Part shown: one piece after another, positions 17,342 to 26,829 of the stretch
How positions within the stretch are numbered: the stretch's first letter is position 1
Layout of the letters: each line of letters opens with the position of its first letter
Source of the DNA: a virus
Reading direction: 5' to 3' (one strand)
Length of the DNA stretch: 64,000 nt
Virus record (IMG/VR): IMGVR_UViG_3300028920_000041
Coordinates: 32,001-96,000 of that record
The notes under the pieces: generated by a model
What the model saw: only the letters and a program-made list of their open reading frames with translations
The model's database searches: none
Told to the model about the DNA's origin: nothing
Translations under genes and position numbers: made by a program

Positions 17342-18877
17342 ATGAACACACTAGCACTCATAGAGGACTACATAAACAACAACTCTGTTTCATCTGCTAT
17401 AGACAACGCTCTATGGGAGGCTAGTTTATGTCAAATCAAGAAACAGAAGCCATGGTTCAAGGACTTAATAGACCTACTGAAAAAAGAGAAAGTAGCTAAC
17501 AAGTACATCCCATGGATCGTAGCTGTAATTGATGACAGAGAGAAAAGCACAATAGCTTCAATAAAAAAAGACTATAGTACTAGAGGTACAGCAGCAGGTA
17601 AAGTGTGGAACTCTTTTCTACTGTTTCCAGAGTACAAAATGGCGAAGCGTAGTAAAACGGTAAGTTTAAGATCTATGCCTCATTTGATAGGTGGGCTTGT
17701 TGGGCTCGCACTCCGCTACGAAGAAGCAGACAAAGCCAAACGGTGGGACAAAGCCATCAAGATGGGTCTCTTCCAGAACAGTCGTGTTAAAGACATCATG
17801 TTCTGGTCAAAGAAGAACGTCAAAACACAGTTCAAAAGTGGCGACTCGCTAGATGTCTTGTCTTCAGCACTTGATAGAATCTCAACACTCAAGAGCAGAA
17901 AAGAAATCAAAGTATCCGATGCAGATCTAATCCACAGAGACGATAGGTTTGTTATCTACTCACCACGGACAAAGAGAGCCTCTTGCCAGCTAGGTGCTGG
18001 TACCAAGTGGTGTATTGCTTCACGGCAAGATGACTACTTTGAAGACTACACAGAAAAGGGCGTTGCTTTTGCTTTCATCATGGACTCTGCAGCCGGCAAG
18101 GACATGGAAAAAATTGCAGTGGTCTATGATATAAACACCAGATCTATTGATGAGTACTATGATGTCATAGATGACAGCATCCCGGAGAAAGAAGTTAAGG
18201 ACAGTGTTGGCGACGCTAACTGGAAAAAGCTCAAGCCAAAGATATTGAGCTATATGAAGACCAGAAAGCTCGATATCAAGAGAAAAGAGGGTGACTACTG
18301 GGCTGGAGATCAAGTTGAGTATGATACTCAGATTAACGATAGTCTATGGAACAGGCTCTATGATGAAGTTAAACACTACTGGCTAGATCCTTGGCGATTC
18401 AAGAGCAAGCTACCAAGTACCGATCCTCCAGAATTTCGAGATGACGGGCTAGAAAATGAGGTACACGAAGCTCTTCACGATATCTTTTCCGGTGCATCGG
18501 GAGTAATCATAGCTCCGACTAGAACAAATGTAGACGATACAGAACCTATGGTCGATGTTGAGGGCGAGCTAGATTCAGATGCCAAGGATTGGAAAGAAAT
18601 AGCAGAGGAGTACTTTCCTATTCCAGACAAGCCAAAAGAGCCTGGCCAGAAAGATATATCCCTAGACAAAGGGAAGGGTCTCAGGGACCAGTACTTGATT
18701 GATCTGGAAGCTTATAACGATGCTGTGATGTTAAGGAAGGCTTTTGAAAAGGAAGTTGTAAAACCAATCAAAGCCTTGAGGTATGGTAAGTGGAAGGAAG
18801 AAATACACGTTTTCGACTTGAGCATAACCATGAAGATAGACCCAGCAAAATCTATTGAGAAGTATGGGCCTGTGTGA
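17342..18877 (+). CDS. Large phage protein with GTKWC-type domain and leader peptide
   Basis: SPRTKRASCQLGAGTKWCIA...YFEDY; leader MNTLALIEDYINNNSVSSAIDNALWE; ATG 17342 in frame with ORF 17246. Confidence 0.65.
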   Translation: MNTLALIEDYINNNSVSSAIDNALWEASLCQIKKQKPWFKDLIDLLKKEKVANKYIPWIVAVIDDREKSTIASIKKDYSTRGTAAGKVWNSFLLFPEYKMAKRSKTVSLRSMPHLIGGLVGLALRYEEADKAKRWDKAIKMGLFQNSRVKDIMFWSKKNVKTQFKSGDSLDVLSSALDRISTLKSRKEIKVSDADLIHRDDRFVIYSPRTKRASCQLGAGTKWCIASRQDDYFEDYTEKGVAFAFIMDSAAGKDMEKIAVVYDINTRSIDEYYDVIDDSIPEKEVKDSVGDANWKKLKPKILSYMKTRKLDIKRKEGDYWAGDQVEYDTQINDSLWNRLYDEVKHYWLDPWRFKSKLPSTDPPEFRDDGLENEVHEALHDIFSGASGVIIAPTRTNVDDTEPMVDVEGELDSDAKDWKEIAEEYFPIPDKPKEPGQKDISLDKGKGLRDQYLIDLEAYNDAVMLRKAFEKEVVKPIKALRYGKWKEEIHVFDLSITMKIDPAKSIEKYGPV

Positions 18878-18975
18878 TTCTGGTAAGCGCTACTCTTGCA
18901 AGTCCTCTTCGTAGAGTAGATCCATGCCCAAGGCTTTAATGGTTTTTTTAATGGTTTTCCTTGTTCCATGAGTCG

Positions 18976-19365
18976 TTACCTCTCAACTCCAGTAACTATG
19001 ACACGTTCAGAATCAAGTATGAACTCAACATTGTCAGGTTTTGAGTAAGCTTTTTGAAACAGAGAGAAATCAATTCGGTTCATGTACTGGTGATCTCTTA
19101 GTGGAACACAGATGTAAACTTTACTATCACGAGATTCTTTCCAACCCTGGAGTAATTGGTATAGCTTTAGCACATTTTCGTTGCTCCAGTTGTCGTCGAT
19201 GTCAATATGTGCTGTCTTCCCGTGGCATTTATAGAGTAGTTTATACCCCTGTATATCAGAGTCCTTCCATGAGACATAGTACATAGTTACTTTGTTGGAA
19301 TCCGGATGGTCCACTGAGACTTCTTCCCAGATCACTACGAAGTTTCTCATGATGTCTTTAGACAT
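18976..19365 (-). CDS. Hypothetical protein (inverted island)
   Basis: 129 aa, GAGGT SD immediately upstream on the minus strand, visibly AT-rich. Confidence 0.6.
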   Translation of the reverse strand: MSKDIMRNFVVIWEEVSVDHPDSNKVTMYYVSWKDSDIQGYKLLYKCHGKTAHIDIDDNWSNENVLKLYQLLQGWKESRDSKVYICVPLRDHQYMNRIDFSLFQKAYSKPDNVEFILDSERVIVTGVER

Positions 19366-19414
19366 TTACCTCTACCTCTCAATTCGGTTGTCAAAGAACA
19401 GAATATCGGGCAGG

Positions 19415-19443
19415 GTCTTACCACGAATCATGGCAAGCGTCAA
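19415..19443 (-). promoter_or_regulatory. Candidate sigma70-type promoter
   Basis: Minus strand TTGACG-17 nt-TAAGAC with TG extended -10, about 50 nt upstream of the 19365 start. Confidence 0.45.
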
Positions 19444-19531
19444 CTTGGCAGGAATGGCTTGGATTGACGGAACTAGAGTGTGCTCCTGACACGGAGCCGA
19501 GGAAGGAATGAGTGTGTGTGGTTAGCAGAGT

Positions 19532-20014
19532 CTAGGGCACAGAATCGCCATGCTCCGCTGCAAGCTTTCCAGAGACTAAGTCTTGCCCCCATGAGCACGG
19601 ACAAGGATGGCCTTCCAGATCGTCACCTCGAATCAATCCGGTGTTCTCGCATCGGTGACAATTCGGCCGGGGAACTTGGCCAAGCTTGCTACAGCCGGTG
19701 ATGCGTCCCTTGTCGTCCCTGACAAGTCCTGCAGGGAAAACAAGGTCACGCCTTTCAGGCACGGCATTAGCAACCATCTGTGAAACGATGAGCCAGACTC
19801 CAGGTTGTGGTTCAGGTAGACCGGTCACCCGGCCAGGCCTCTGCAGGACCAGCGGGACAGGAAGCTCAAGGCTTCCCACGACCCTCACAGGCTCTTCGAG
19901 CATGGAGACCCGGGGCAGTGCCCCACAAGGCTCCAGGATGGCTGTGGTGGCGCTGTCAGACGCCACCAGATTGATGGTATGGGGTGTGCAGTTCTTGATT
20001 GTGGTGTGTTCCAT
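19532..20014 (-). CDS. Conserved viral NxTPH-family hypothetical protein with C-terminal Zn finger
   Basis: IKNCTPHTINL...VTGLPEPQPGVWLIVSQMVA...RRDLVFPAGLVRDDKGRITGC, then CHRC..CPC; visibly GC-rich. Confidence 0.65.
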   Translation of the reverse strand: MEHTTIKNCTPHTINLVASDSATTAILEPCGALPRVSMLEEPVRVVGSLELPVPLVLQRPGRVTGLPEPQPGVWLIVSQMVANAVPERRDLVFPAGLVRDDKGRITGCSKLGQVPRPNCHRCENTGLIRGDDLEGHPCPCSWGQDLVSGKLAAEHGDSVP

Positions 20015-20098
20015 GCCGACCTAGACGACATGAGACAGGCCAATTTGACAGGTGCCTGAAAAATAATTTCCAAGTAGCTCAGAGAGAGAGAGAGTCCG

Positions 20099-20836
20099 AT
20101 GATTCAAGAGAGCACACTTGACGTATTCAAGAAACTCGTTTTGACAGAGGCTGCTACGAGACTAAAGAAGATGCCTCCTAACACGAAGATCTATGCGGAT
20201 GCTCTTCACTGGTCATCTTGGGATGGCAAGCTGTCAATGGTCCATGGTCCTAGCTACTACAACACACAGAACAGTGCTTCTAAAGAATGGTTTGATCCTG
20301 CTTTGATGGCTAGAAAGTACATCGTACAGTTTGCCGTTGACAGCAATGGTAAGAGGTTGGCCCCACCTTCACAAGCCGTTATTGGTGGCAACATTGTGGT
20401 GAGAGATAGACGGTTACCTTATCACAAAACAACATGGTCCATGGGAACACCAAACTATGGACCAGTTATCACAGGATCGTTTGAGCCTAAACAATATGAG
20501 TACTTAGTGTTGGTAAAGTTGAAAGAGCTTGGTAAAGCTGAAGTAGGTATGGTTACAGATCTATATGACTCCTATGGGTACCTTGATGTTTCCGGGTATC
20601 CAAAGCTAAAGACTAAACAAGCTAACTGGAAAAAGCTTTTCACTAAGCGCAAGTTTGCAGACACTCAAAACCTGGATTCAGACTTAGCTAATGTTGCTGA
20701 TGCACTTATTCACATGAAAAACTCTTTCAGGTACGCAGATGATGAGACGCATGAACAGATCTTATGGGATGCTATCCAGGGTGTTTATAGCACAAACAAA
20801 AAAGGCGATAAGATTTCTTTTATCATAAAGAAGTGA
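20099..20836 (+). CDS. Putative head-packaged protein
   Basis: Leader MIQESTLDVFKKLVLTEA. Confidence 0.65.
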   Translation: MIQESTLDVFKKLVLTEAATRLKKMPPNTKIYADALHWSSWDGKLSMVHGPSYYNTQNSASKEWFDPALMARKYIVQFAVDSNGKRLAPPSQAVIGGNIVVRDRRLPYHKTTWSMGTPNYGPVITGSFEPKQYEYLVLVKLKELGKAEVGMVTDLYDSYGYLDVSGYPKLKTKQANWKKLFTKRKFADTQNLDSDLANVADALIHMKNSFRYADDETHEQILWDAIQGVYSTNKKGDKISFIIKK

Positions 20837-20842
20837 GTAACC

Positions 20843-21169
20843 ATGCCCAAGATAGACAAAAAGAAAGCTAAGAAGGTCTACAACAAGTTGATGATGTCAG
20901 CGGCTTCTCTTAGCCCAGCGATGGTAGATCAAATTAGGCTCTTGTATTCTCTACTGTCCGGCCAAGTCGAAGACACAAGAAAGAGCTATCTTGTGAGGGT
21001 ACTCAGCGGCGAAGAGCCTGCAGACCTAATCAATGAGCTGACTACGTCTGCAAATAGCCTTGCAACCAAGATACCCAAGCCAATGGGTATGATCAAAAAG
21101 ACTCGAAAGAAAGACAAAATCATCAAACCAGCCGAGGCGAAGAAGCTTGGGCTAGACTTGAATGGATAA
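20843..21169 (+). CDS. Basic protein with internal targeting motif
   Basis: YLVRVLSGEEPADLINEL; Lys-rich ends. Confidence 0.65.
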   Translation: MPKIDKKKAKKVYNKLMMSAASLSPAMVDQIRLLYSLLSGQVEDTRKSYLVRVLSGEEPADLINELTTSANSLATKIPKPMGMIKKTRKKDKIIKPAEAKKLGLDLNG

Positions 21170-21172
21170 CAA

Positions 21173-21418
21173 ATGACGCCAGAACAGAGACGAACCGGGA
21201 ACATCGCAGCACTATATGGGTACAAGGTTCATGAAGACACGGTAGCTGCTGAATCATTTTCTCCAGGTGATGGTGCTATCGTTTTGACAGCAAAAGGTGA
21301 GCCTGTGATGTCAGGTACCATAGAAGAGGTCAAACCTGGTAACGATATGATGGCAGCTTCAATCAAGATAGGTGATATGTGGTACTATGAAGGACAATAC
21401 AAATTCAGAGATCTGTAA
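21173..21418 (+). CDS. Hypothetical protein (small beta-barrel-like)
   Basis: 81 aa, operon spacing. Confidence 0.6.
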   Translation: MTPEQRRTGNIAALYGYKVHEDTVAAESFSPGDGAIVLTAKGEPVMSGTIEEVKPGNDMMAASIKIGDMWYYEGQYKFRDL

Positions 21419-21421
21419 TTC

Positions 21422-21691
21422 ATGACGACAAGTACAAAGCTAATTGATTTACGTGTTTCTGGGACATCTGCTAAGTACTTGGTAGACGCTTTGTTAGAAG
21501 AGCTTCCCCCTCCGGATGTGATCAAAAGAACCATTCTTAGGGACCTTCCAAAGAGCCTGGTTATTGTTAAAGAGGATGTTGTCTACATAGAATGCAGCGA
21601 TCGACAACTGCTAGCCTCAACACTCCCGCTCTTTGAACATATGTATCCTGAACTTGACTTTGTCAACTTAAACAAGACAGACAAAAGATAA
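21422..21691 (+). CDS. Hypothetical protein
   Basis: 89 aa; SAKYLVDALLEE resembles the leader motif. Confidence 0.55.
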   Translation: MTTSTKLIDLRVSGTSAKYLVDALLEELPPPDVIKRTILRDLPKSLVIVKEDVVYIECSDRQLLASTLPLFEHMYPELDFVNLNKTDKR

Positions 21692-22581
21692 TGGAGAGAA
21701 TCATGCAAGACAGAATGTCCCTGATCGAAGAGCAAGTAGAAGGTTTGATTGATCTCGTTCTGGACGGGGAAGATGCGAATGACTTGATGGAAGGTGTGTA
21801 TAGTGAGATTAACGAGGGTCCTGGTAACGGTCCTTATCACATCGGCTCTAAGGTCAAAGTCAATACAGGTTGGTCCGGGCAAGGAATCGATGGAAGCAAC
21901 GTCAATGTGTCCAAGGGCGACGTTGTCTCTGTTGTCTTGGCTAACTTAGGTGAGGAAGGCCAGGATCGTATGGTCCTCTTAGCAGACGGTAAGACCCGTG
22001 TAGTGGTTCCGTTTGCTATCTTGGGTGAAGGCCTCGAAGAGCAGAGCATGATGCATGGCCCAAAGGGACATGTTGTTAAATCTGCCAAAGGCAAGCTAGG
22101 TGGTATGGTCCAAGGCAGAGCACAGGGTGATGCGACAACTCCTGAACAGAGCATGTTAAAGCCAATTCCGGGCACTCGTAAGCCAAGCTCTCTGCAGTCC
22201 AAATCCATTGGTAAAGCAAAGCCAAAGGGTGACCCAACAGCCCAGATGCAAGGCCAGATGGTACCTTCTACTATCTCTGGAAAGACAGTAGAGCAAGTAG
22301 TGGATGAAGTTCTTTCCAGGTTTGAAGAAATCAGTGAAAAAGACGCTAGTGCACAGTCGCTAAGCGAAATGTTGGTTTCTGAAGATGATGAGATCATGTA
22401 TGCCATTATGCATGAGGCTCTCTTTGGTGAAGGTGAGTGCACACTAGATACTCTGCAGGGACTTGCAGAGATGATGAAAGACAAAAAGAAGAAGAACAAG
22501 AAAGACGATGACGAAGAAGGATACACTGAAGAAGACATTGACGAGATCTTCAGTGCTATGCACGAAGCATCGATGAGTTAA
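21691..22581 (+). CDS. Acidic putative prohead core protein with SH3/KOW-like segment
   Basis: EGLIDLVLDGEDANDLME motif; HIGSKVKV...KGDVVSV beta segment; K/D/E tail like that of 8099. Confidence 0.65.
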   Translation: MERIMQDRMSLIEEQVEGLIDLVLDGEDANDLMEGVYSEINEGPGNGPYHIGSKVKVNTGWSGQGIDGSNVNVSKGDVVSVVLANLGEEGQDRMVLLADGKTRVVVPFAILGEGLEEQSMMHGPKGHVVKSAKGKLGGMVQGRAQGDATTPEQSMLKPIPGTRKPSSLQSKSIGKAKPKGDPTAQMQGQMVPSTISGKTVEQVVDEVLSRFEEISEKDASAQSLSEMLVSEDDEIMYAIMHEALFGEGECTLDTLQGLAEMMKDKKKKNKKDDDEEGYTEEDIDEIFSAMHEASMS

Positions 22582-22592
22582 TCTCAACTCAT

Positions 22593-22635
22593 CACAAGTT
22601 GGTACAGACCAACTTAACACACAAGGTACAGACCT
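22593..22635 (+). promoter_or_regulatory. Tandem CACAAG(TT)-GGT-ACAG-ACC hairpins upstream of the SD
   Basis: AAGTTGGT/ACCAACTT 8-bp stem (22596-22615) and AGGT/ACCT stem (22624-22635), both with an ACAG loop. Confidence 0.6.
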
Positions 22636-22650
22636 AAAAGGAGTAGGAAC

Positions 22651-23271
22651 ATGAGCGCAGTTCATCAGGGTTTTGGTGCCGCACTTGAAAACGCTGCAAC
22701 AGAGATTATGAGGATCGGGGAAGCCAAGGGACCGATTACTTTGTCCGTGAAACACGTGGATGAAGATGGTGGTCTTTTGGTTGTTCAGGTATCTCGTAAG
22801 AGTGACGGGGCATTGGTAGCGCTTGCCGAGGAAACAGCCGTTACCGATGAAGATACGGCATATGACGGCGATGCTTCGGAACTGGTCTTTACGGGTCAGG
22901 CTCTTGACAACACGCCTATCGTTCCAGGCTCAGTGACGATCAAGCCTACTGCAGGTGGTAACACCGTTAACCTGGTTGACACCAATGCAGATGGTATTCT
23001 GTACACTGATGACGTTGATGCAGACGTGGCCGGGAGTGTTAACTACTTCACTGGTGATCTTGAGCTGTCTTTCCCGAGTGGCAAAGACCCGGCTGCTACG
23101 AACATCTTGGCTGACTACAGCTATGGTGTTGGTGTTAACGTGCTCGGTACCAGGAATTTCCAGATCCAGTACTTCTCTGCAGCGGTTGACTTTGAGACGC
23201 TGATTGTCAAGGCGGCTGCAGCATCTAGTTCCAGGGTTCGTATTGAGGCCTATCAGTCAACGGTCGGCTAA
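22651..23271 (+). CDS. Putative capsid decoration/structural protein sharing a beta-sandwich domain with the MCP
   Basis: PIVPGSVTI...GSVNYFTGDLELSF...ADYSY; AAGGAG SD; own terminator. Confidence 0.6.
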   Translation: MSAVHQGFGAALENAATEIMRIGEAKGPITLSVKHVDEDGGLLVVQVSRKSDGALVALAEETAVTDEDTAYDGDASELVFTGQALDNTPIVPGSVTIKPTAGGNTVNLVDTNADGILYTDDVDADVAGSVNYFTGDLELSFPSGKDPAATNILADYSYGVGVNVLGTRNFQIQYFSAAVDFETLIVKAAAASSSRVRIEAYQSTVG

Positions 23272-23287
23272 CAGGTAGGTTTTTGGC

Positions 23288-23346
23288 ACCGTAGGGGGTG
23301 ATTTGGAGCATGCTTCCCTGTGCGATCACCCCCTACGGTACCTTTT
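23288..23346 (+). terminator. Rho-independent terminator
   Basis: Perfect 15-bp stem ACCGTAGGGGGTGAT / ATCACCCCCTACGGT followed by ACCTTTT. Confidence 0.75.
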
Positions 23347-23357
23347 AGGACAATCAA

Positions 23358-23612
23358 ATGCCAAGACGACATGGATGGTTGCAAGACTATCACCAAGAGT
23401 TAGACCATGGTCCAGAAAGGTCTATCCAGGTGAACAATGGTTCTAGCACGCCACAAGCGCAGCCAAGTCCTGTAACTGTCAATGTGAATATCAATCTAGG
23501 GGACATTATAAGCCAGTTAATTAAGGGCCAGAAGACAACGAAAGAGGCTCTTGAAGAGATAGTTCAAGAAAGTCACAATAGAAAGAGATTGCTGATCGAA
23601 GATGAAGATTGA
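23358..23612 (+). CDS. Hypothetical protein
   Basis: 84 aa, AGGA SD. Confidence 0.55.
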   Translation: MPRRHGWLQDYHQELDHGPERSIQVNNGSSTPQAQPSPVTVNVNINLGDIISQLIKGQKTTKEALEEIVQESHNRKRLLIEDED

Positions 23613-23719
23613 GGGAGTGATTTACAGGTACATACAGCCTGATAAGTGCATAGTTGCTAAGAAGGTATACCCTAGTAGACTTATCCTGTTGAAAGAGATT
23701 AAGGCAAAAAAGGTCAAAG

Positions 23720-24085
23720 ATGGCAGTTCCGATCAATAAAGCAATTTACTTCAGAAGCTACACGTTCGAAACACTGACAGAAAAGACAAGCGGGCCAGCA
23801 CAGTTTGTAGGGGTTCAAGGTGTTGTGTTCTACTGCAAGTCAACACAAGCTGGCATTCTACATATAGACATCAAAGTAGGATCTAATTGGGAAGAGCTTA
23901 CCGAGGAAACAGTCAGAGAAAACAAACTGCATGTATTGGATGTAGGATTCTATATCCCAGAGGCAAGAGTGAGGTTTGAACCAAAGGTAATCAACGCAGT
24001 GTTCTCAGCGTCTGCTTTTGGTTATCCATCTGTTTATGTCCGTGAGGACTTGAGTATCTTTGATACAGAAAGAGATCAGTTCTAG
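23720..24085 (+). CDS. Putative virion structural protein (beta-rich)
   Basis: 121 aa, coupled to the next gene. Confidence 0.6.
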   Translation: MAVPINKAIYFRSYTFETLTEKTSGPAQFVGVQGVVFYCKSTQAGILHIDIKVGSNWEELTEETVRENKLHVLDVGFYIPEARVRFEPKVINAVFSASAFGYPSVYVREDLSIFDTERDQF

Positions 24086-24288
24086 TGGCAGGTGGGGCTA
24101 CAGTACACAAGCTTGGCAAGCGTCCTCTACACAATCCCGAGGAAGGACCAAACCCGGAGCTTGTGTTAACGTGGTCCGGAGATGAATTGATCTATATTGA
24201 TAAGACTATCGGTGAAATAAAGTATCGTAAGACGTTAACATGGACTGCTGGTAACTTAACTTCTATAAGCGAATGGGTTGAGCAGTGA
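24085..24288 (+). CDS. Small beta-hairpin-repeat virion protein
   Basis: LTWSGDELIYIDKTIG..KTLTWTAGNLTSI. Confidence 0.55.
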   Translation: MAGGATVHKLGKRPLHNPEEGPNPELVLTWSGDELIYIDKTIGEIKYRKTLTWTAGNLTSISEWVEQ

Positions 24289-24289
24289 T

Positions 24290-24634
24290 ATGGCAAAGCA
24301 TACCCATTTTGTACTGGACTTTGAAGAAGGGGAAATAATAGGGCTTGCTTTACCTGTTGAAGCCAATGGAAGCTCTTCGGCAGGGAATGAAGTAACAGCA
24401 GTTCTTTCTGGATCAATCGACGGGTCAAACAGAGTGTTCGCTTTCCCTGTACCTGTGGTTTATGAAGGTGATGGTGGTGTTCAACCAAAGGTTTACCATG
24501 GGCCAAGAAGGCTGACTCCAGATCATATTGTCATATACGAGTCAAGTCCTGGTAGCTCTGGTTATGATAGGGTGCGGCTAAAGTGGTTCGCACCTAGAAG
24601 AAACAGCATCATTGCAGACTTCGTAGCCGCATAG
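24290..24634 (+). CDS. Putative virion structural protein
   Basis: LSGSIDGSNRVF motif typical of fibre/collar proteins; ATG 24290. Confidence 0.6.
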   Translation: MAKHTHFVLDFEEGEIIGLALPVEANGSSSAGNEVTAVLSGSIDGSNRVFAFPVPVVYEGDGGVQPKVYHGPRRLTPDHIVIYESSPGSSGYDRVRLKWFAPRRNSIIADFVAA

Positions 24635-24646
24635 GAGGAAAGCCTC

Positions 24647-26599
24647 ATGTCTGGAATTCTTGATAACCTTATTGACCCTTTCAAAGACATCGGCGGTATT
24701 GATACCGCAGATCAGGCAAAGACCCTTGCCGATGAAAATTCCGGTATTGGTGATAGCGTCCAAACAGGGACAGGTGACTCCCTTACAGCGCCGGTATCCA
24801 ATGAGCAGACTTTAACGGATTCAGGCGCAACCTTTGTTGCTGCAGACATTGGCCGGTTTATTGTCATCAGTGGTGCGACCAATGGTGGCAATAACGGAAC
24901 CTTTCTTGTTACCGAGTTTGTTGATGTAAATAACATTAAGATCTTGAATTCCTCTGGTGTTGTAGAAACCAGTTCGTTTAGCTGGGACATCAGAGAGCCT
25001 TATATGATCGGTGACGATATCAACTTTGCTCGTACCGATAGAAAACTCATCAAAGGCACTACCAACTACTATGATGCTGTTCCGACTTATGAGCGGCCTA
25101 CAGCTATCGGTACTGACGTTGATGCAAACCTGACAAACTTAGCAGGTAAGACAGCGGATGCTTTGACCACTGTCAGGAATGTTAAGCAGGAAGGTATCAA
25201 GCTTCGTCCATCGATTACCGATGGTGATGCAACGCTAGCTATTGGTGATGAGACTTTCACCACAACGAACTATCACTTTACTTCAGACGATCTGAATTCG
25301 TTTATCACAATCAGTGGGTCAACGGATGCAGACGGTACTTACCGTATTAAGACAGTAACAAGTGGTAACACACTTGAACTTGATGGACTCAATAGCGCCA
25401 CAGCAGAGGGAACCATTACATGGGTCCTGGAAGCAGATTTGAAGGGCGTTCTTTCTTCCAGGAAGTATGCAGACGCTGCCAATAGGATCGGTCTTCCTAT
25501 TGCTGATAGCGGCGAGTATGACGAAACAAACTATGATGCTACTTACACCATGGTTGCCAATGGTGTTTCCGGTGGTGGGTCACCCCAAGAGGAAGATGGG
25601 GATGGGATTTATGGTCGTATGTTTGGTGATGAAAAAGATCCAAACAACACGACTTCAAATGAGGATACCAGGTTCTTTGTCCAGCTTGTTACCGGAGACA
25701 ATGACGGGACAGCCGTAGACAGCTCGTTAGAGGCTATCTCTGGTAGATCTGGTGCTGCAGCGTCGTTAGCGGGTAGCAATACCAATGTCTCTGGCCTTTC
25801 AGGCATGGTAACTGAGGACATTGGTCGATACATCTCCATTTGGAACCTTGCAGCCGATGAAGCAGGTCACTATCTCATTACTGCTGTGGTTTCTGCTACG
25901 GAAGTTACAGTAAGCCGTGGTTCTAGCTTCACAGCAGATGCTTCCGGAGCTATCAACTGGCAGGTTTCTAGGCATCCCGATACTTGGGATTTCTATAACG
26001 GTGATAGGTACCGCAACGATCAACTTGATGAAGCGTGGGCAAGAACGCTTTTGGTTGGTGGTCTGGTTTCTGGTAGCGAAGTCACCGGCGCTATTGATGA
26101 CTTGAGAGAGTTTGTTGGTGCTGCTGCTGGTGACACGACGCCAGGACTTACCAACACAGGTAACTACTACACGTTTTCAGATCTTGCTAATCCTGCAGAT
26201 ACGAGCCTTGAAGAAGCTGTCAACGTTATCAACCAAGAGATTGGGTCTAGAGACTACTCTGCAGGTGCTATTGCCAATGTTTCAGGCCTTGCAGACGGAC
26301 AGGACATCACAGCCAGTATTGAGGCTATCGCGCTGGCTATCGGTGCTTCGTCTGTAACCAGAACCATTGAAAGGCTTGCTGCTGCTATCCCCAAAAACAC
26401 AGCTTATACTATCCCGGTAACGTACACACTTGATGGGACAGGCAACGGTCGGAACCTTTGGGTTTTTGTCAGAGGGGTTCTGCAAGATCCTGGCACCAAA
26501 GCTGCTGGAGACAACTACGCTGAAACGTCTACTACACAGCTTACGTTCTATAAGCTTGTTTCAAGTGGAGACCACATCAACTACTTCTTACTCCAGTAA
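24647..26599 (+). CDS. Large virion structural/fibre protein with three repeated beta domains
   Basis: 650 aa, G/T/S/D-rich; three DIGR.I.I.G....NGT[FY].[VI] repeats; GGAGG SD. Confidence 0.7.
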   Translation: MSGILDNLIDPFKDIGGIDTADQAKTLADENSGIGDSVQTGTGDSLTAPVSNEQTLTDSGATFVAADIGRFIVISGATNGGNNGTFLVTEFVDVNNIKILNSSGVVETSSFSWDIREPYMIGDDINFARTDRKLIKGTTNYYDAVPTYERPTAIGTDVDANLTNLAGKTADALTTVRNVKQEGIKLRPSITDGDATLAIGDETFTTTNYHFTSDDLNSFITISGSTDADGTYRIKTVTSGNTLELDGLNSATAEGTITWVLEADLKGVLSSRKYADAANRIGLPIADSGEYDETNYDATYTMVANGVSGGGSPQEEDGDGIYGRMFGDEKDPNNTTSNEDTRFFVQLVTGDNDGTAVDSSLEAISGRSGAAASLAGSNTNVSGLSGMVTEDIGRYISIWNLAADEAGHYLITAVVSATEVTVSRGSSFTADASGAINWQVSRHPDTWDFYNGDRYRNDQLDEAWARTLLVGGLVSGSEVTGAIDDLREFVGAAAGDTTPGLTNTGNYYTFSDLANPADTSLEEAVNVINQEIGSRDYSAGAIANVSGLADGQDITASIEAIALAIGASSVTRTIERLAAAIPKNTAYTIPVTYTLDGTGNGRNLWVFVRGVLQDPGTKAAGDNYAETSTTQLTFYKLVSSGDHINYFLLQ

Positions 26600-26607
26600 T
26601 CAGTAAC

Positions 26608-26829
26608 ATGCTAAAAGCCAACCTCACCCTTAATCATTTGCTGGAAGATCACGAACTATATCCTCGCAACGGTTTGTGTAAGTCTGGTCATAAGGTTGAG
26701 GGTGAGGTTAGGTTCTTTTATATCTCTGGTGAAACCCTACCAAGCCATAGGTGGGGTGCTTACTGTGAAGGTTGTGTCAAAGCAGCGTTTGACTTGAACC
26801 ATGCAAGGAAGACTAATGTCAACAGATGA
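26608..26829 (+). CDS. Small Cys-containing hypothetical protein
   Basis: CKSGH...YCEGC. Confidence 0.5.
   Translation: MLKANLTLNHLLEDHELYPRNGLCKSGHKVEGEVRFFYISGETLPSHRWGAYCEGCVKAAFDLNHARKTNVNR

Noticed and set aside
18712-18969. 85-aa minus-strand ORF with a GAGG SD
   Set aside because: It overlaps the 3' end of 17342 antisense for about 165 nt. A short alternative peptide would need an indel in an A-run next to a 12-bp duplication, so it is unresolvable here.
19532-20014. Idea that this is the AcrIII-1 ring nuclease (DUF1874) or Csx15/16/20
   Set aside because: It lacks the GH motif and the overall pattern of those families as I recall them; left as an NxTPH-family unknown.
20081-20094. 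(AG)7 microsatellite before gene 20099
   Set aside because: Probably just a purine-rich ribosome-binding region; there is no evidence of phase variation.
21837-22538. 233-aa minus-strand ORF
   Set aside because: Ser/Phe-rich shadow of 21691, as with many other minus ORFs in the track.
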